Below, in pieces: positions 40,678 to 63,110 of a stretch of DNA of 64,000 bases. The position numbers and the translations under genes are program-made. The stretch comes from Heptranchias perlo (Eukaryota): the NCBI RefSeq assembly GCF_035084215.1, contig NC_090364.1, forward strand, positions 4,650,001-4,714,000. Reading direction: 5' to 3'. The notes under the pieces were generated by a model. It had not been told where the DNA came from and did no database searches. It saw only the letters and a program-made list of their open reading frames with translations. Within the stretch, counting starts at the first letter, position 1; each line of letters opens with the position of its first letter.

Positions 40678-41318
40678 CATCCAAAACTCCCAGTGGGAGG
40701 CTCTCTATACAGGGGTCCTCCCGTGTTACTTTGGGGATCTGGGGTGGAGGGTGGCGCACGGAGCAGTCGCGTGCAACCGGCGGTTACGCCATTTCACGGA
40801 CACCCAGGCCGCTTGTGATTTCTGCGGCCTGGAGGAGTCCGTGTTCCATCTGTACACCGGGTGTGCGAGACTGCAGCCCCCGTTCCATTATTTGAAGGGG
40901 CTGCTCCTCAAGTTCTGGCTGCACTTCAGTCCCACGCTCCTGATCTTTGGCCGCCCGGTGAGGAGGGGGGCGGGCAGGTCGGTGGACGTTCTCGTGGGCC
41001 TGCTCCTGGGCCTGTCCAAGGTGGCCATCCACAGGTCTAGGTTGCTCGCGGTCCGTGGGGGCGGTCGCTCGGCCTGTCTGCCTCTCTTCCGCGGAATGCT
41101 CCGCGCCCGGGTGGCCCTGGAGATGGAGCACGCGGTGTCTGCCGGTACGCTCGAGGCTTTCCGCGACCGGTGGGCACCGCAGGGGCTGGAGTGCATCCTG
41201 GACGAGGATAATAAAATTTTAATTTGAACACTTGGTTTTGGTTTGTTTGGTTTTAGTATTTAAGCACAACCCACACCCCCCTTCTTATAAAAGGGGGGCC
41301 TAATACACTAAAAAAAAA
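40678..41318 (+). mobile_element. 5'-truncated Tx1-like non-LTR retrotransposon (ORF2 C-terminal CCHC zinc knuckle, 3'UTR, poly-A)
   Basis: Open frame QWEALYTGVLPCYFGDLGWRVAHGAVACN...CDFCGLEESVFHLYTGC...EAFRDRWAPQG to stop 41227; GC-rich; A9 tail. Empty site gacctccctc|caatctgaaag at ~61876-61894. Confidence 0.88.
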
Positions 41319-41739
41319 TCTGAAAGTTTCTCTTTGTTTAAATCTCTCAAAATGGCAACTTTGAATTATTTGATAATAATTTGCTATTTTCACCAGAGTG
41401 GCTTTTCTTAATCTGGTCAAGTTTGTTACTTGTAAGTAATTGTGACGCTGAGACAATATTCAAAGCAATCAAGTAGAATTTGCAAACCAACCATTGGTCA
41501 GAGAAATGGAAATTCCATCCCATGGATGGTGTGAATCGTCCCCAGTTCTAATATCGAGAATGGGTGTGTCTGAGGATTGGCAGCATGGGGGCATCAACTG
41601 GGCAAAGCATTGTGGGACGTGTCATTATAGTTTTGATTCTCATGAAATGTTGTTTGGTAAAATTCAGGATATTCAGCGAGAATGAGAGGGAGTGAAGATT
41701 ACTGAATGCAATGTCACCCACACAAACATCCCCATTTGT

Positions 41740-42110
41740 GTCAGCTGTGGCTCAGTGGCAGCACTCTCACCTCAGAGTCAGAAGGTTGTGGGTTCAAATC
41801 ATCATCTAGAGACTTGAGCACATAATCTAGGCTGACTAAGGGAGTGCTGTACTGTCAGAGGTGCCGTCTTTTGGATGTGATATTAAAGCGAGGCCTCATC
41901 TGCCCTCTCATGTGGATGTAAAAGATCCCACAGCACTATTTCGAGGAAGAGCAGGGGAGTTCTCCCCAATGTCTGGACCAATATTTATCCCTCAACTAAC
42001 ATCACTAAAACAGATTATCAGGTCAATATTTCATTGCTGTTTTTGGGTCCTTGCTGGAGGCAAATTGACTGCTGCATTTCTTACATTACAACAGTGACTA
42101 CACCTCAAAG
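41740..42110 (+). mobile_element. DeuSINE copy, 3' truncated
   Basis: Clear Deu domain: gggagtgctgtactgtcagaggtgccgtctttt...aaagatcccacagcactatttcgaggaagagcaggggagttctcccc. Confidence 0.8.
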
Positions 42111-42221
42111 GTTCGAACTATGCAGCAGTCAAAGCTATCAGATAATCCACACTGACTCGTAAAATTATGGCTCAACAACGTATGAAATGTGGTGACATTG
42201 ATACCCCAAAAGTGCCTTTAG

Positions 42222-42535
42222 AGATCATGGTATCCTAATATTACAGCACAGAAGGAGGCCATTCAGCCCATCATGCCTGCACTGGCTCTTTGAAAGAGCT
42301 ATCCAATTAGTCCCACTCCCCTGCTCTTTCCCCCTTCAAGTATTTATCCAACTTCCTTTTGAAAGTTATTAAATCTGCTTCCACCACCCAATGAGGCAAT
42401 GCATTCCAGATCAGAACACTGCGTTAAAAATAAGTTTTGTGTCATTTCTGGTTCTTTTACCAATCACCTTAAATCTGTGTTTGCTGGTTACTAACCGGTC
42501 TGCCACTGGAATCAGTTTCCCGTCATTTACTCTAT
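42222..42535 (-). mobile_element. CR1-type LINE 3' end
   Basis: tacagcacagaaggaggccattcagcccatc...gcattccagatc is the reverse complement of a CR1 3'UTR and ORF2 end. Inserted relative to other spacers. Confidence 0.75.
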
Positions 42536-43932
42536 GTAAAGACATTAACATGGAATAACTGCAGACTGTAATTCTCTCACACCCAGTGCAGTTCACAACT
42601 AAGTTCCTAAACTTCACTTGTAAACACTGGATAATTACAGCTGCAGCATCAACATTTGAATCCATTCATAGGGGTGAAGGAGACAAATGGAGAACCAATA
42701 GGAGTTGGAAAGGATGATTACAATTTGCTATGGAACACACAATGGCACTACAGGCAAATTGACATTTATGGAGGAGCTGATTTTATTGTGTTTATGAATT
42801 GATGGAACAGGGATGTGGAGTTTCAGGCAAAAGATCTATTTAACTTGGTTTAAATGAAATGGTGATCCAGTAGAATTTACAATTGTAATTTGGTATTAAC
42901 TGCACAATGGGATAAATACAAATTGATAGATTTATGGAGGAGCTGATTATATTGGGTTTATGAATTGATGGAACATTAGTAGTATGGAAGAGTTTAAGAG
43001 CCTTACCTATTCAACTTAATGGTTAAAGTTATGTTTTGTGCATTGACTACATCATCCAGAAGGAAGACATTTTTTGCTGGAGTTTGAGGTATTTTTCTAG
43101 TACCCCACCCAATTTATTATTCATGGGGGAGATTAAAAGGGGGTTGGGGGAAGAAAATAAAAGGGAAATAGACTAAGAAGTTGTCAGTCAATCCTATCCC
43201 AACAGGGAATCTACACTGCCCCATAAGAGCCCCCTTTGACTACAAACTAGCAGTAATGAGTGATTTCATAAGCTACTCCAACTAACTACTGAGGTCTGGA
43301 GCATCTTGCTTTGAAAAAAAAAGCATCTGGACTGCTCTTCCCCAGGCAGATACTATTCTTAAATAAAATTGCCTGTTGGACTGAAATTACCAGTTCACTT
43401 TCCTTGTGTTTGAACAGAACAAAATGTTACAGCAGCTGATTTTGCACTATTGATGAGTTAAACAGTTGACATTCAGGCACAGTGCCAAGATAATATGCAG
43501 CACCAGTAGGAACAGTAACTTGTGTTACTGTATTGTTCTTTGCATCGAAATCAGCAGTAATCATTGAAATGCATAAATACAATTTACACTCAAGGTAGAC
43601 ACAGTGGCCCTGAACACCAAGTCACTACATTGATATGACCCCAGGAGAAAAAAAAAATCACAGGGCAGAATCTCACACGAAAGCCAATACCCAGCCCAAT
43701 GTAGTTTGTTATAACAACTGAATTATGTTAATCTGAAAAATAAGCAATCACTCAATTTACAAGGAGCCAAAACCCAGTCTTCTGTAACAGTTTATTTCCA
43801 GTTACTATTACATTTCACATCAAGAGCCCAGGTGTCACAGCTCTTTGTACAAAGTCACCATTGCTACAGGATAGGGGTTCTTCAGACTATAAACAGGAGA
43901 ACTAAACAATAAGCTTTATCCCTGCAGTCAGT

Positions 43933-45377
<1,445 letters not shown>

Positions 45378-45914
45378 CTTTAAATTAACACAAAATAGCT
45401 CTATCAAAACAAGAAACTAAGAAATAACCACCCAAAGCTCCATATTTATACTGCTGGTTAATCCGGGGCGTGGCAGCCTAGATGATTAGTGACAGTTGAC
45501 AATACCCAATCAGAAATTACATCCTCTCTCAGAACACCAATCAAGAAAAGGGAGGAGGGGAGATGACACCCAGAGCCAGTCAGAACTTTGAAGGAGGAGC
45601 ATCATTGGCTGACAATTCAATAAAGATCCAATCAATTAGAAAAAAAAATAAGGATCCAATTGCACTGACTTTCCTCAAACTGTAAAATCTGATAGTGACC
45701 ATATTATTGACCATAATTGACCTTTCTTTGATGGACCAATAAGGGAGACTCTGGGTTGCCCCAGGGTCACCAAACATAAACCATCACAAGTGGCCCTCTC
45801 AGGGCACCACTAATATTGGATGGTCCAATCAAACTGAAAAGATGCCGAAATAAGCATCAAGTGCCACCAAAAACAACAGGATACTTTCCCAATTAAATCA
45901 GGATTCTATTATTG

Positions 45915-46012
45915 ATGACAAGACAGTCTATACCCTGCGGTGCCCACCGGTCGCGGAAGGCATCAAGCGTAACGGTGGACACCACATGCTCCCTCTCCGG
46001 GGCCACCCGGGC
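45915..46012 (-). mobile_element. Degenerate Tx1-like 3' fragment upstream of copy 9
   Basis: ccctgcggtgcccaccggtcgcggaagg...ctccctctccggggccacccgggc matches the reverse complement of ~41102-41190. Confidence 0.7.
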
Positions 46013-47058
46013 ACTTGACCATAATGGACCAAATTGTCAATTGGTGGATTTGCCCCCATCCCATCGGTTATGGTCACTGATAGTGACGGTTCAAAGATCC
46101 AGAACCACAGGTTTAATTGTTGTTTGCGGGTCAGTGTCTTTGAATAATTCTGGATGGGTCCATGAGTTGGTTATTTGGCAGGTAGCTGCGGGGTTGAGAC
46201 AACATCCAAACAGATCAGAGCCTGTGAACAGCAACCAACAGCGAGTCAGGCGAATGGAAAGTGGGTGTGATGAATGTGTCAAACACAAGTCCTTCGATAC
46301 TCCATCAATTCTAGGGTCAGTGAGCATCTGTACACACATCGGCTGGAAAGTGAAGGGGACCACGGCATGTTGAGTTCTTGTTTTGTCATCATGAAATTTT
46401 ACAAACAATAAATTGCAGAGCAGTGCACAGGGAAGAGACTGTGGATCATTGACTGATCCCTAAAACTGAAAGCTCTCAGTCAGCCACTGTCAAATATTTA
46501 TCTCAGTCATCTGTACATTCCCCACGTTATCTTCCTCCAGTATCCCCAGACTCATCTCCCCTGTTGGTGGTTTGTGGCCTCGAGCCATTTAGATTATATT
46601 CCCACAGCGGACTGGACAGTCCATATTCCCCAGTCTCAGTCCCTTGAATCTTCCCACATTAAATGTTATTTTCCACTCAGCTGCCCACCTTCCCCACCTA
46701 TCCAGATCCCTTTGTATTTCCTTTGCCTCACCCCTGAATGGCCTAATACATTCCATGTAATTTACAAGAGCTGTTATAAGTCTGGTCTATCCGCCAGAGG
46801 TCAAAAGGCAGGATGTCTGAGTGAAGTTGAAAGGATTGTGGGGGATGGGGGTTTGGTGTTGGGTGTTGGGAGGGATTGCGGTGAGAGGCAAACACTGTGT
46901 ATAGCGTTGGTTGTATATACAGTGACCCACAGTGGTGAACAGACTATCTGGTATTTCCTGGGTTTGGTAACCCCTTGTTTCAATGATTAATCTCTTGTAC
47001 TTTTTGCCTGGACAGTCAAACACCAAGCTGAAAGCAGCAAGTGGTGAATTTTCTCGTT

Positions 47059-47140
47059 AGAACATAAGAAATAGGAGCAGGAGTAGGCCAATCGGCCCCT
47101 CGAGCCTGCTCCGCCATTCAATAAGATCATGGCTGATCTG
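47059..47140 (-). mobile_element. Short CR1-type 3' tail
   Basis: agaacataagaaataggagcaggagtaggcc...gagcctgctccgccattcaataagatcatggctgatctg. Confidence 0.75.
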
Positions 47141-47378
47141 ATCCTATCCTCAAATCTAAATTCATGTCCAAGGGGAGTTACTGATATTTCCCTATATGTG
47201 GTCAGGGAAAGGATGGGGCTCCGTGGATATTTTGTGTTCCAGATCAGATCACATCAGAATACTGTCGGATCAACAAGAAACAGCAGGCTAAAAAAAAAAC
47301 CATCTCAAAGGAGGAACCTCGTGAAGGAAAAATGAAGCAACAAAAAGTGGGGTCGATGGACTGATCTGATTGTGATCC

Positions 47379-47395
47379 TTGTGTGTGTGTGTGTG
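47379..47395. repeat. (TG)n microsatellite
   Basis: About 8 TG units. Confidence 0.7.
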
Positions 47396-48521
47396 AGAAT
47401 AACCTGAATATCACTGGTGCAATCTCAGATAAAGCTTTAAATAGACCAAGTAGTTGGTGGTTTATCCGATAATTTGCTTGCTCTATTCTCCAACTTTTCA
47501 GTAGACTTACAAGTGGCAGCTTTGGCAATTGGGATCTCGCGTCACTTGGTTCCAGGCCAAATAAGACAACACAATGATCGTATTCGCAAGGAGCGTGAGT
47601 GGAATGGGGCCAGAACTACTAAATGAAACAGCAGAATCCAGCAAGGGAAACCTAGAGGGACTCCTGGATTGGCAGCAGGAAATGAAAGTATTTGGGAGGC
47701 TGTAGGGTCCAGGTTGTAAGAGATGGGTGAAGTAAACAGAGAGGCTGGAAAATAGAAACTGAGATTGAAACAAATAGTAGGAGCTGGACCAAAGTTCCAC
47801 ACAGGAAGGAAAGATGGGCTGAAGAGAGAAAAGAACCAGGTAACCTTAGAAGGAACAACTGGAGATTTGTTCTTATTTTGCTTCAAGATTTTTGTAACTA
47901 CTCAACTTTGAATACCTGCTTCAGGGAACACTTTCCTCCTGTCCTACAATGGAAGAGTCAGCAGCAATTTGTGGTGTTTTTTAATGCAGAAGGTTAACTA
48001 CTGTAAGCACCAGCAACACCCACACCCCATGAACGAATAAAAAAAGGCACACTCTCCAGCTGGGACTCCAGCAAATGGGGAAGGTGTGGAGGAAGAGGTC
48101 TTACTCTAACTAGATTACACTTCAATCTTTTCTGCAGAAAACCAAACATTAAAAGCTGTTACAGGCCAAAATTAGACTTACAGCTACGGCCACCCAAGGC
48201 TGCTACAAAACAAGCCTTCTGGTGGAGAAGGGGTTAAAACAGCTATGTGTGCCAATCAGATTTATCAAGAGGACAACCTATTTCTTAGCAGAAATTTTTT
48301 TGTTTGACGCAAGGCCACCTGCATTGACGTTAGAATGTGCTCAGTTACGGAGAAGAATAAGGAACCAGTTCAACATGAAAAAGTTTTATTTCAGCTGCAA
48401 GAACACTCAACTACAATGTTTGAAGTTAATCTTAGACTTGGAATTCCATTCCCAGTTCAGAGAGATGACAACATAAAACTTCAATACAGTTGTAATATCT
48501 GCAACATGGACAACAGTCCAG

Positions 48522-50831
<2,310 letters not shown>

Positions 50832-51563
50832 CTTCACCAATTCAATAATATCACTTTCAACTATTGCTCAAAAAGTTCTAAAACTATCTTCTTTCCTCCC
50901 AAGCTCTTGTATTTATACTACTGGGACAGTCTGCAGTTTGGTAAGCAATGACATCACCAATGATGATTGACAATCCCCAATAGTCAATCAGGAATCATCT
51001 ATTTAACCAATTAACAAAGGAGAGGCAGTGTGGGGCGGGATTGATACCCAGAGCCAATCAGAGGTTTGGAATACAGGCCAATTTGGATAATCAGTCTCCG
51101 TGATGCTTTTGGGGTCATTGACGTCCCTCAAATCTGAAAGTTTCTCTTTGTTTCAATCTCTCGGAATGACAACTTTGAATTATTTGATAATAATTTGCTA
51201 TTTTCACTGAAGTGGCTTTTCATAATCTGGTCAAGTTTATTACTTGTTCGTAATTGTGACACTGAGACAATATTCAGAGGAATCAAGTAGTCTTGAGTGA
51301 ATTTGCAAACCAACCATTGGACAGAGAAATGGAAATTCCATCCCATGGATGGTGTGAATCGTCCCCAGTTCTAATATAGAGAATGGGTGTGTCTGAGGAT
51401 TGGCAGCATGGGGGCATCAACTGGGCAAAGCATTGTGGGATGTGTCATTTTTCGTTTTGATTCTCATGAAATGTTGTTTGGTAAAATTCAGGATATTCAG
51501 CGAGAATGAGAGGGAGTGAAGATTACTGAATGCAATGTCACCCACACAAACATCTCCATTTGT

Positions 51564-52010
51564 GTCAGCTGTGGCTCAGTGGCAGCACTCTCACCTCAGA
51601 GTCAGAAGGTTGTGGGTTCAAGTCCCAATCTATAGACTTGAGCACAAAATCCAGGCTGACACATCACCACAGCACCGAGTGAGTGCTGCACAGTCGGATG
51701 AGACATTAAACCATGGCCCCCGTCTGCTCACTTAGGTGGATATAAAAGATCCCATGGCACTAATTTGAGCAAGAGTAGGGGAGTACTTTGTAGCATCCTT
51801 GCTAATATTTATCCCTCAACCTACATAATTAAAACAGATTATCTTGTCATTATCACATTGCTGTTTGTGGGACCTTGTTGTGGGCAAATTGGCTCCTGTG
51901 TTTCCCTAATTACAACAGTGACTACATTTCAAAAGTACTTCATCGGCTGTAAATGCCTTGGGATGTCCTGAGGTCATTAAAACGCTATATAAATGCAGGT
52001 TCCTTCTTTC
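51564..52010 (+). mobile_element. DeuSINE copy, near full length
   Basis: Paralogue of 5007-5447, including the gctatataaatgca tail. Confidence 0.8.
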
Positions 52011-54127
52011 TATGTCCTCAAGCATGTTAGGTGAGTCCTTTTATGATCAGCTTTCAATGAGGCTAAAGAATATTTGAATCTGATTGAAATGATGAGACTC
52101 AGACATTGTCTAACAGTCTGGCTCATCACATTGGTGTTTCTCTGAGATCCAAAGTCTTGACATCTGGTTTCATTGCAAAATGGTTGAGGTTTTCAGTCCT
52201 GGATTAGGTGATGAGATGTGTTCCCTTGGAATAAACTGTTTCCTGCATCGCTCAATCCCTTCAAATGTAAACACAAAAATTCCTCTTCCAGAAGAACAAA
52301 CATGTATTTTCTAGCCCATCACCAGGGGAAGCTGCCACCAGAGCTATTCTTCATTGTAATCAGACTGTTGGAAATGTATCAGCACAGAATGGGGTGAACA
52401 TTGACCTTATTTTGCTTTGAGGTGTAAAAGGTTAACCCCCATTCGCCCAATTGTGACCTCAGTGTGGGAAATGTTTGCAGCTGACCACATCCAGGTTCAG
52501 CACAGAGTGAGCTGAAGACTTTTTGTCTGAAATATGAAGTCATCAAACCCATCAACAAATCCACACTGACTCGTACAAGTGTGGCTCAGCAACATATGAA
52601 ATGTGGTGACATTGATCCCCACAAGAGCTTGATAGAAGCAAAGACATTAACATGGAATGACTGAAGACTGCAATTCCATCACACCCAGTGCAATTTTCAA
52701 CTAAGTTCCTAAACTTCACTTGTAAACACTGGATAATTACAGCTGCAGCATCAACATTTGAATCCATTCATAGGGGTGAAGGAGATGAATGGAGAACCCA
52801 TAGGATTTGGAAAGGATGATTACAATTTGATATGAAATGCACAATGGTACTAAAGTCAAATTGGTATATTTATTGAGGAGCTGGTTGTATTGTTTTTATG
52901 AATTGATATAACAGGGACGTAGCTGCATTTCAGGCAAAATATCTATTTGAATCCATTCATTGGGGTGAAAGAGACAAATGGAAAACTAACAGAATTGGGA
53001 AAGGATGATCACTATCTGGAATCCAGAACACAATAGGACTAAAGGCAAATTGATAAATTCATGGTGGAGCTGATTGTATGGGGTTGATGAATTAATGGAA
53101 TAGTGGAAGATTTCCCCCCCCGCAAAAGAATGTCATAGTTAGCTTGACATTTTAAGATGTGAGTTTAATGAAATATATTTGTTTCTTCCAGAAAGATGTT
53201 TTGCTCAATTTCAGTTTCACAGAGATTATTCTCGCTCCACGACCTCACCCAATTTCTTGTTCATGGCGGATTTTAAATCGGCAGGTTGGGGGTCGGGGTG
53301 GGTATGGAGGAGATAAAGAGTTCCTCATTGGGGGAGGAGCCCAGGAAAGAAAGTGGGAAAAAAAGTCCCCAAACTCCCATTGCTGTTGATTTCCTTCTCA
53401 CCCAATTGTAGTCCACTTTAGTACTGTGAGCTCACACTATGCACTTAGACAGTGCTGGTACTCTGGAGCCATCTTGTGCTGCTTTGCTCACAATCTTTCA
53501 GAAAGTCTGTAGCAGCAGTGATGAGTTTGGTTTAGTGAGCTCACCCTAAATAACTGAAGATCTATAGCACCTTACTTTTTAAAAAAAAACCCTGAACTGC
53601 TAGTCCCAGGATAGATACCATTCTTAGAGGTTGTTCATTGGATTGAAATGGTGCAACACGAATGCACTGGATAATTGGCCTTGTGTTTTAACAGAAGCAA
53701 ACAGCTGAAATTGTTTTGAGGTAGAGAGTGTTAACATTTATGCACATGCGAGGGGATATTCACCAGTGGTGAAACAGTTACTTGTTTGAAGCGGCCTCTG
53801 TCCTAAGCTTTGGCATTCCCTCCATAAACCTCTTCCTCCCCCTCCTGCAGTATACTTCTTAAAACCTACCTTTTGCTCACCTGTCCTAATATCTCATTAT
53901 GTGGTTCAGTGTCAAATAGCCCAATGTAATTCTTGTTACTGAAAAAAAAGCAACTGCTTCAGAGTTAAAAAGGAGATAAAACCCAGTCCACTGTTAAACA
54001 TAGTTTATTTATGGTTTCCATCAAGAGCCCAGGTCTCACAGCTCTGTACAAAGTCACACAAGTCATCATGCACTAGACTATATAAACAGGAGTACTGCAC
54101 ACAATAAGCTTCATCCCTGCAGTCAGT

Positions 54128-56011
<1,884 letters not shown>

Positions 56012-56758
56012 CTTCACTATTTTTTTAATATATGAATACCTTTACACTATTACCCAGAAAACTAAAGAACGATCCACTTTCTGCACAAGCTCTTGTATTT
56101 ATATTACTGGGACAGCCTGCATTTTGACAACAAATGACATCACCAATGATGATTGACAATCCCCGATAGCCACTCAGGAATCGTCCATGAATCCAGGCAC
56201 CAATTAACAAAGGACGGGTTGTGGGGGAGGGGTTGATACCCAGAGCCAATCAGAGGTTTGGAATACAGTCCAGTTTGGATAATCAGTCTCGGTGATGTCA
56301 CTGCTTTTGGGGTCTTTGACCTCCTTCAAATCTGAAAGTGTCTCTTTGTTTAAATCTCTCGGAATCATAGCTTTGAATTATTTGATAATTTAATATTTTC
56401 ACTGAAGTGGCTTTTCATAATCTGGTCAAGTTTATTACTTGTCAGTAACTGTGAGGCTGAGACAATATTCAAAGCAATCAAGTCGTCTTGAGTGAATTTG
56501 CAAACCAACCATTGGACAGAGAAATGGAAATTCCATCCCATGGATGGTGTGAATCGTCCCCAGTTCTAATATAGAGAATGGGTGTGTCTGAGGATTGGCA
56601 GCATGGGGGCATCAACTGGGCAAAGCATTGTGGGATGTGTTATTTTTGGTTTTGATTCTCATGAAATGTTGTTTGGTAAAATTCAGGATATTCAGCGAGA
56701 ATGAGAGGGAGTGAAGATTACTGAATGCAATGTCACCCACACAAACATCCCCATTTGT

Positions 56759-57123
56759 GTCAGCTGCGGCTCAGTGGCAGCACTCTCACCTCAGAGTCAG
56801 AAGGTTGTGGGTTCAAGTCCCACTCCATAGACAAAGTCTAGGCTGATTGTGGGAGTGCTGCACTGTTGGAGATGCCTTCTTTTGGATGAGACATTAAACC
56901 GAGGTCTGGTCTGCCTTCTCAGGTGAACGTAAAAGATCCCTTGGCACTATTTCAAGGAAGAGCAAGGGAGTTCTCCCCAGTGTCCTGGACGATGTTTATC
57001 CCTCAAACATCACCAACGCAGATTATTTGGTCTTTATTTCATTGCTGTTTGTGGGATCTTGCTGTGGGAAAATTCACTTCTACATTACAACAGTGACTAC
57101 ATTTCAAAAGTACTTCATTGGCT
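56759..57123 (+). mobile_element. DeuSINE copy, 3' truncated
   Basis: Paralogue of 5007-5447. Confidence 0.75.
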
Positions 57124-58825
57124 GCACTTCATTGTATTCAGACTGTAAGAAACATATCAGCACGGAGTGGGGTGAACATTGATATATTTTGTTTTTTGAG
57201 GTGTTTACAGTGAACCACCATTAGCCCAGTTGTGACCTCAGTGTGGGGAATGTTTGCAGTTGATCCTCATCCAGATTCACCACACCGAGTGAGCTAAAGA
57301 TTCTTTGTTCAAAATATGAAGCTGTCAAAGCCATTAGCAAATCCACACCAACTCGTACACTCGTGGCTCAGCAATATATGAAATGTGGTGACATTGATCC
57401 CCCAAAAGTGCTTCTGAGAGAAGCAAAGACATTAACGTGGAATGACTGAAGACTGCAATGCCATCACACCCAGTGCAATTCACAACTAAGTCCGTAAACT
57501 TCACTTGTAAACACTGGATAATTACAGCTGCAGCATCAACATTTGATCCATTCATCAGAATAAAGGAGACAAATGGAGAAGCAAAAAGATTTGGAAAGGA
57601 TGATTGCTATTTGGTATGAAACACACAATAGGACCAAATACAAATTATACATTTATGGAAGAGCTGATTGTGTTGAAAACAGGGATATTGGGGGGTGGGG
57701 GACAAGAATTGGGCAGAGTATCTGTTTAACTTGGTTTAAAGTATTTGCTTTGTGCATTTAATGAAATATATTTTCATCTTCCAGAAGGACATTTTGCTGG
57801 AGTACAGTTCCACACATTACTCTGGAGTACCTTACCTAATTGTTTATTCATGTGGGATGCTAAACAGTGAGTGTTCACAGGTTATTCAATCTGTGAAAAG
57901 AGCAGTAGGGTTTTTTTTTTAAGCAAAAAGCCCAATTCTCTCCACATATGGTTGTAAGAGGCCAGAAGACAAATGTGCTAATTCTGGTTGATTCTATCCC
58001 CTCACATTGTAGTCACCTTAGTACAGTGCATTCAGGAAGTTCACATTGTTGGTTTATACACCAGTTATGTGCTGGTTTGACCATAAAGTCTATAGCAACA
58101 ATGATGAGTTTGGTTTAGTGAGCTACCTCATGTATCCCACAGTAATAATTGAATGAGATCTGTAGCAGCTTTGTTTTAAAAAAGTGCCTGGACTGCTGTT
58201 TCCAGGGCAGATACCCTCCTTAAATGATTTCAGTCCAATGAACAATCCTATTTAATAGTAACTCACTTGCCTGGTGTTTTAACAAAATGTTACAGCAGCT
58301 GATATTTTGTTGCATTGAGGGGGTTAAAATGAGTTGCCATTTATGCAATGAGAATATTCATCAGCAGTGGTAACAGTAACTTGTATTACAGCATTGCTCT
58401 TCACTGCTGGTTTCAACATAATATTTGAAATGCACAAATACAATTTGCATTCAAGGTACACAGAATTGAAATCTTTAACATGTGGCCCTGAACAGCAAAG
58501 TCAATAAATTAGAACTACCCCACAAGGAAAAAAAAAATGTACACAGGACTAAATCCCATAACTGAAGCTGTTCCACAGCCCAGTGTAATTCTTGTTAGAT
58601 GTCAACCAAATTCTGTTTAAGAACCACTCAATTAAGATTTGAGGCAACAAAATCCCATTCAATATTATACAGTTTATTTCCAGTTACTATTACATTTCAC
58701 ATCAAGAGCCCAGGTCTCAGCTCTTTACACAAAGTTACAAGTCATTACTGCTACAGGATGGGGCCTCACACATGATATTATATAAACACAAGCACAACCA
58801 ATTAAGCTTCATCCCTGCAGTCAGT

Positions 58826-61571
<2,746 letters not shown>

Positions 61572-62318
61572 CTTCACTATGTCTCTATCAAAATTTTTCA
61601 CTATTACCCAAAAAAGCTCCACAACTAACTTCTTCCCTCACAAGCTCTTTTATTTATACCACTGGGACAGCCTGCATTTAAACAGGGTATGACATCATCA
61701 ATGATGATTGACAATCCCTAATAGCCAATCAGGAATCTTCCATGAATCCAGGCACCAATTAACAAAGGAGTGGGGGTGTGGGGGAGGGATTGATAACCAG
61801 AGCCAATCAGAGGTTTGGAACACAGGCCAGTTTGGGTGATGAGTCTCAGTGATGTCACTGCTTTCGGGCTCTTTGACCTCCCTCCAATCTGAAAGTTTCT
61901 CTTTGTTTCAATCTCTTGGAATCATAACTTTGAATTATTTGATAATAATTTGATATTTTCACTGAAGTGGCTTTTCATAATCTGGTCAAGTTTATTACTT
62001 GTTAGTGATTGTGATGTTGAGACAATATTCAAAGCAATCAAGTTGTCTTGAGTGAATTTGCAAACCAACCATTGGACAGAGAAATGGAAATTCCATCCCA
62101 TGGATGGTGTGAATCGTCCCCAGTTCTAATATAGAGAATGGGTGTGTCTGAGGATTGGCAGCATGGGGGCATCAACTGGGCAAAGCATTGTGGGATGCGT
62201 CATTTTTAGTTTTGATTCTCATGAAATGTTGTTTGGTAAAATTCAGGATATTCAGCGAGAATGAGAGGGAGTGAAGATTACTGAATGCAATGTCACCCAC
62301 ACAAACATCTCCATTTGT

Positions 62319-62689
62319 GTCAGCTGTGGCTCAGTGGCAGCACTCTCACCTCAGAGTCAGAAGGTTGTGGGTTCAAATCATCATCTAGAGACTTGAGCAC
62401 ATAATCTAGGCTGACTAAGGGAGTGCTGTACTGTCGGAGGTGCCGTCTTTTGGATGTGATATTAAATCGAGGCCTCATCTGCTCTCTCAGGTGGACGTAA
62501 AAGATCCCACAGCACTATTTCGAGGAAGAGCAGGGGAGTTCTCCCCAATGTCTGGACCAATATTTATCCCTCAACTAACATCACTAAAACAGATTATCAG
62601 GTCAATATTTCATTGCTGTTTTTGGGTCCTTGCTGGAGGCAAATTGACTGCTGCATTTCTTACATTACAACAGTGACTACACCTCAAAG
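62319..62689 (+). mobile_element. DeuSINE copy, 3' truncated
   Basis: Nearly identical to 41740-42110. Confidence 0.8.
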
Positions 62690-62799
62690 GTTCGAACTAT
62701 GCAGCAGTCAAAGCTATCAGATAATCCACACTGACTCGTAAAATTGTGGCTCAACGACGTATGAAATGTGGTGACATTGATACCCCAAAAGTGCCTTTA

Positions 62800-63110
62800 C
62801 AGATCATAATATCCTACTATTACAGCACAGAAAGAAGCCATTCAGCCCATTGTGCCTGTACTGGCTCTTTGAAAGAGCTATCCAATTAGTCCCACTCCCC
62901 TGCTCTTTCCCCCTTCAAGTATTTATCCAATTTCCTTTTGAAAATTATTAAATCTGCTTCCACCACCCAATGAGGCAATGCATTCCAGATCAGAACACTG
63001 AAAAAAGTTTCGTGTCACTTCTGGTTCTTTTACCAATCACCTTAAATCTGTGTTTGCTGGTTACTAACCGGTCTGCTACTGGAATCAGTTTCCCCTTATT
63101 TACTCCATCA
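62800..63110 (-). mobile_element. CR1-type LINE 3' end
   Basis: Paralogue of 42222-42535. Confidence 0.75.

Noticed and set aside
41494-41685. 63-aa ORF over the conserved upstream block
   Set aside because: Open only in this copy; the others have TAG at the equivalent codon.
45912-47886. ORFs and a possible LTR/PBS (ttaca agtggcagc) in the unique spacer
   Set aside because: No recognisable domain and no second LTR; cannot be supported without a search.
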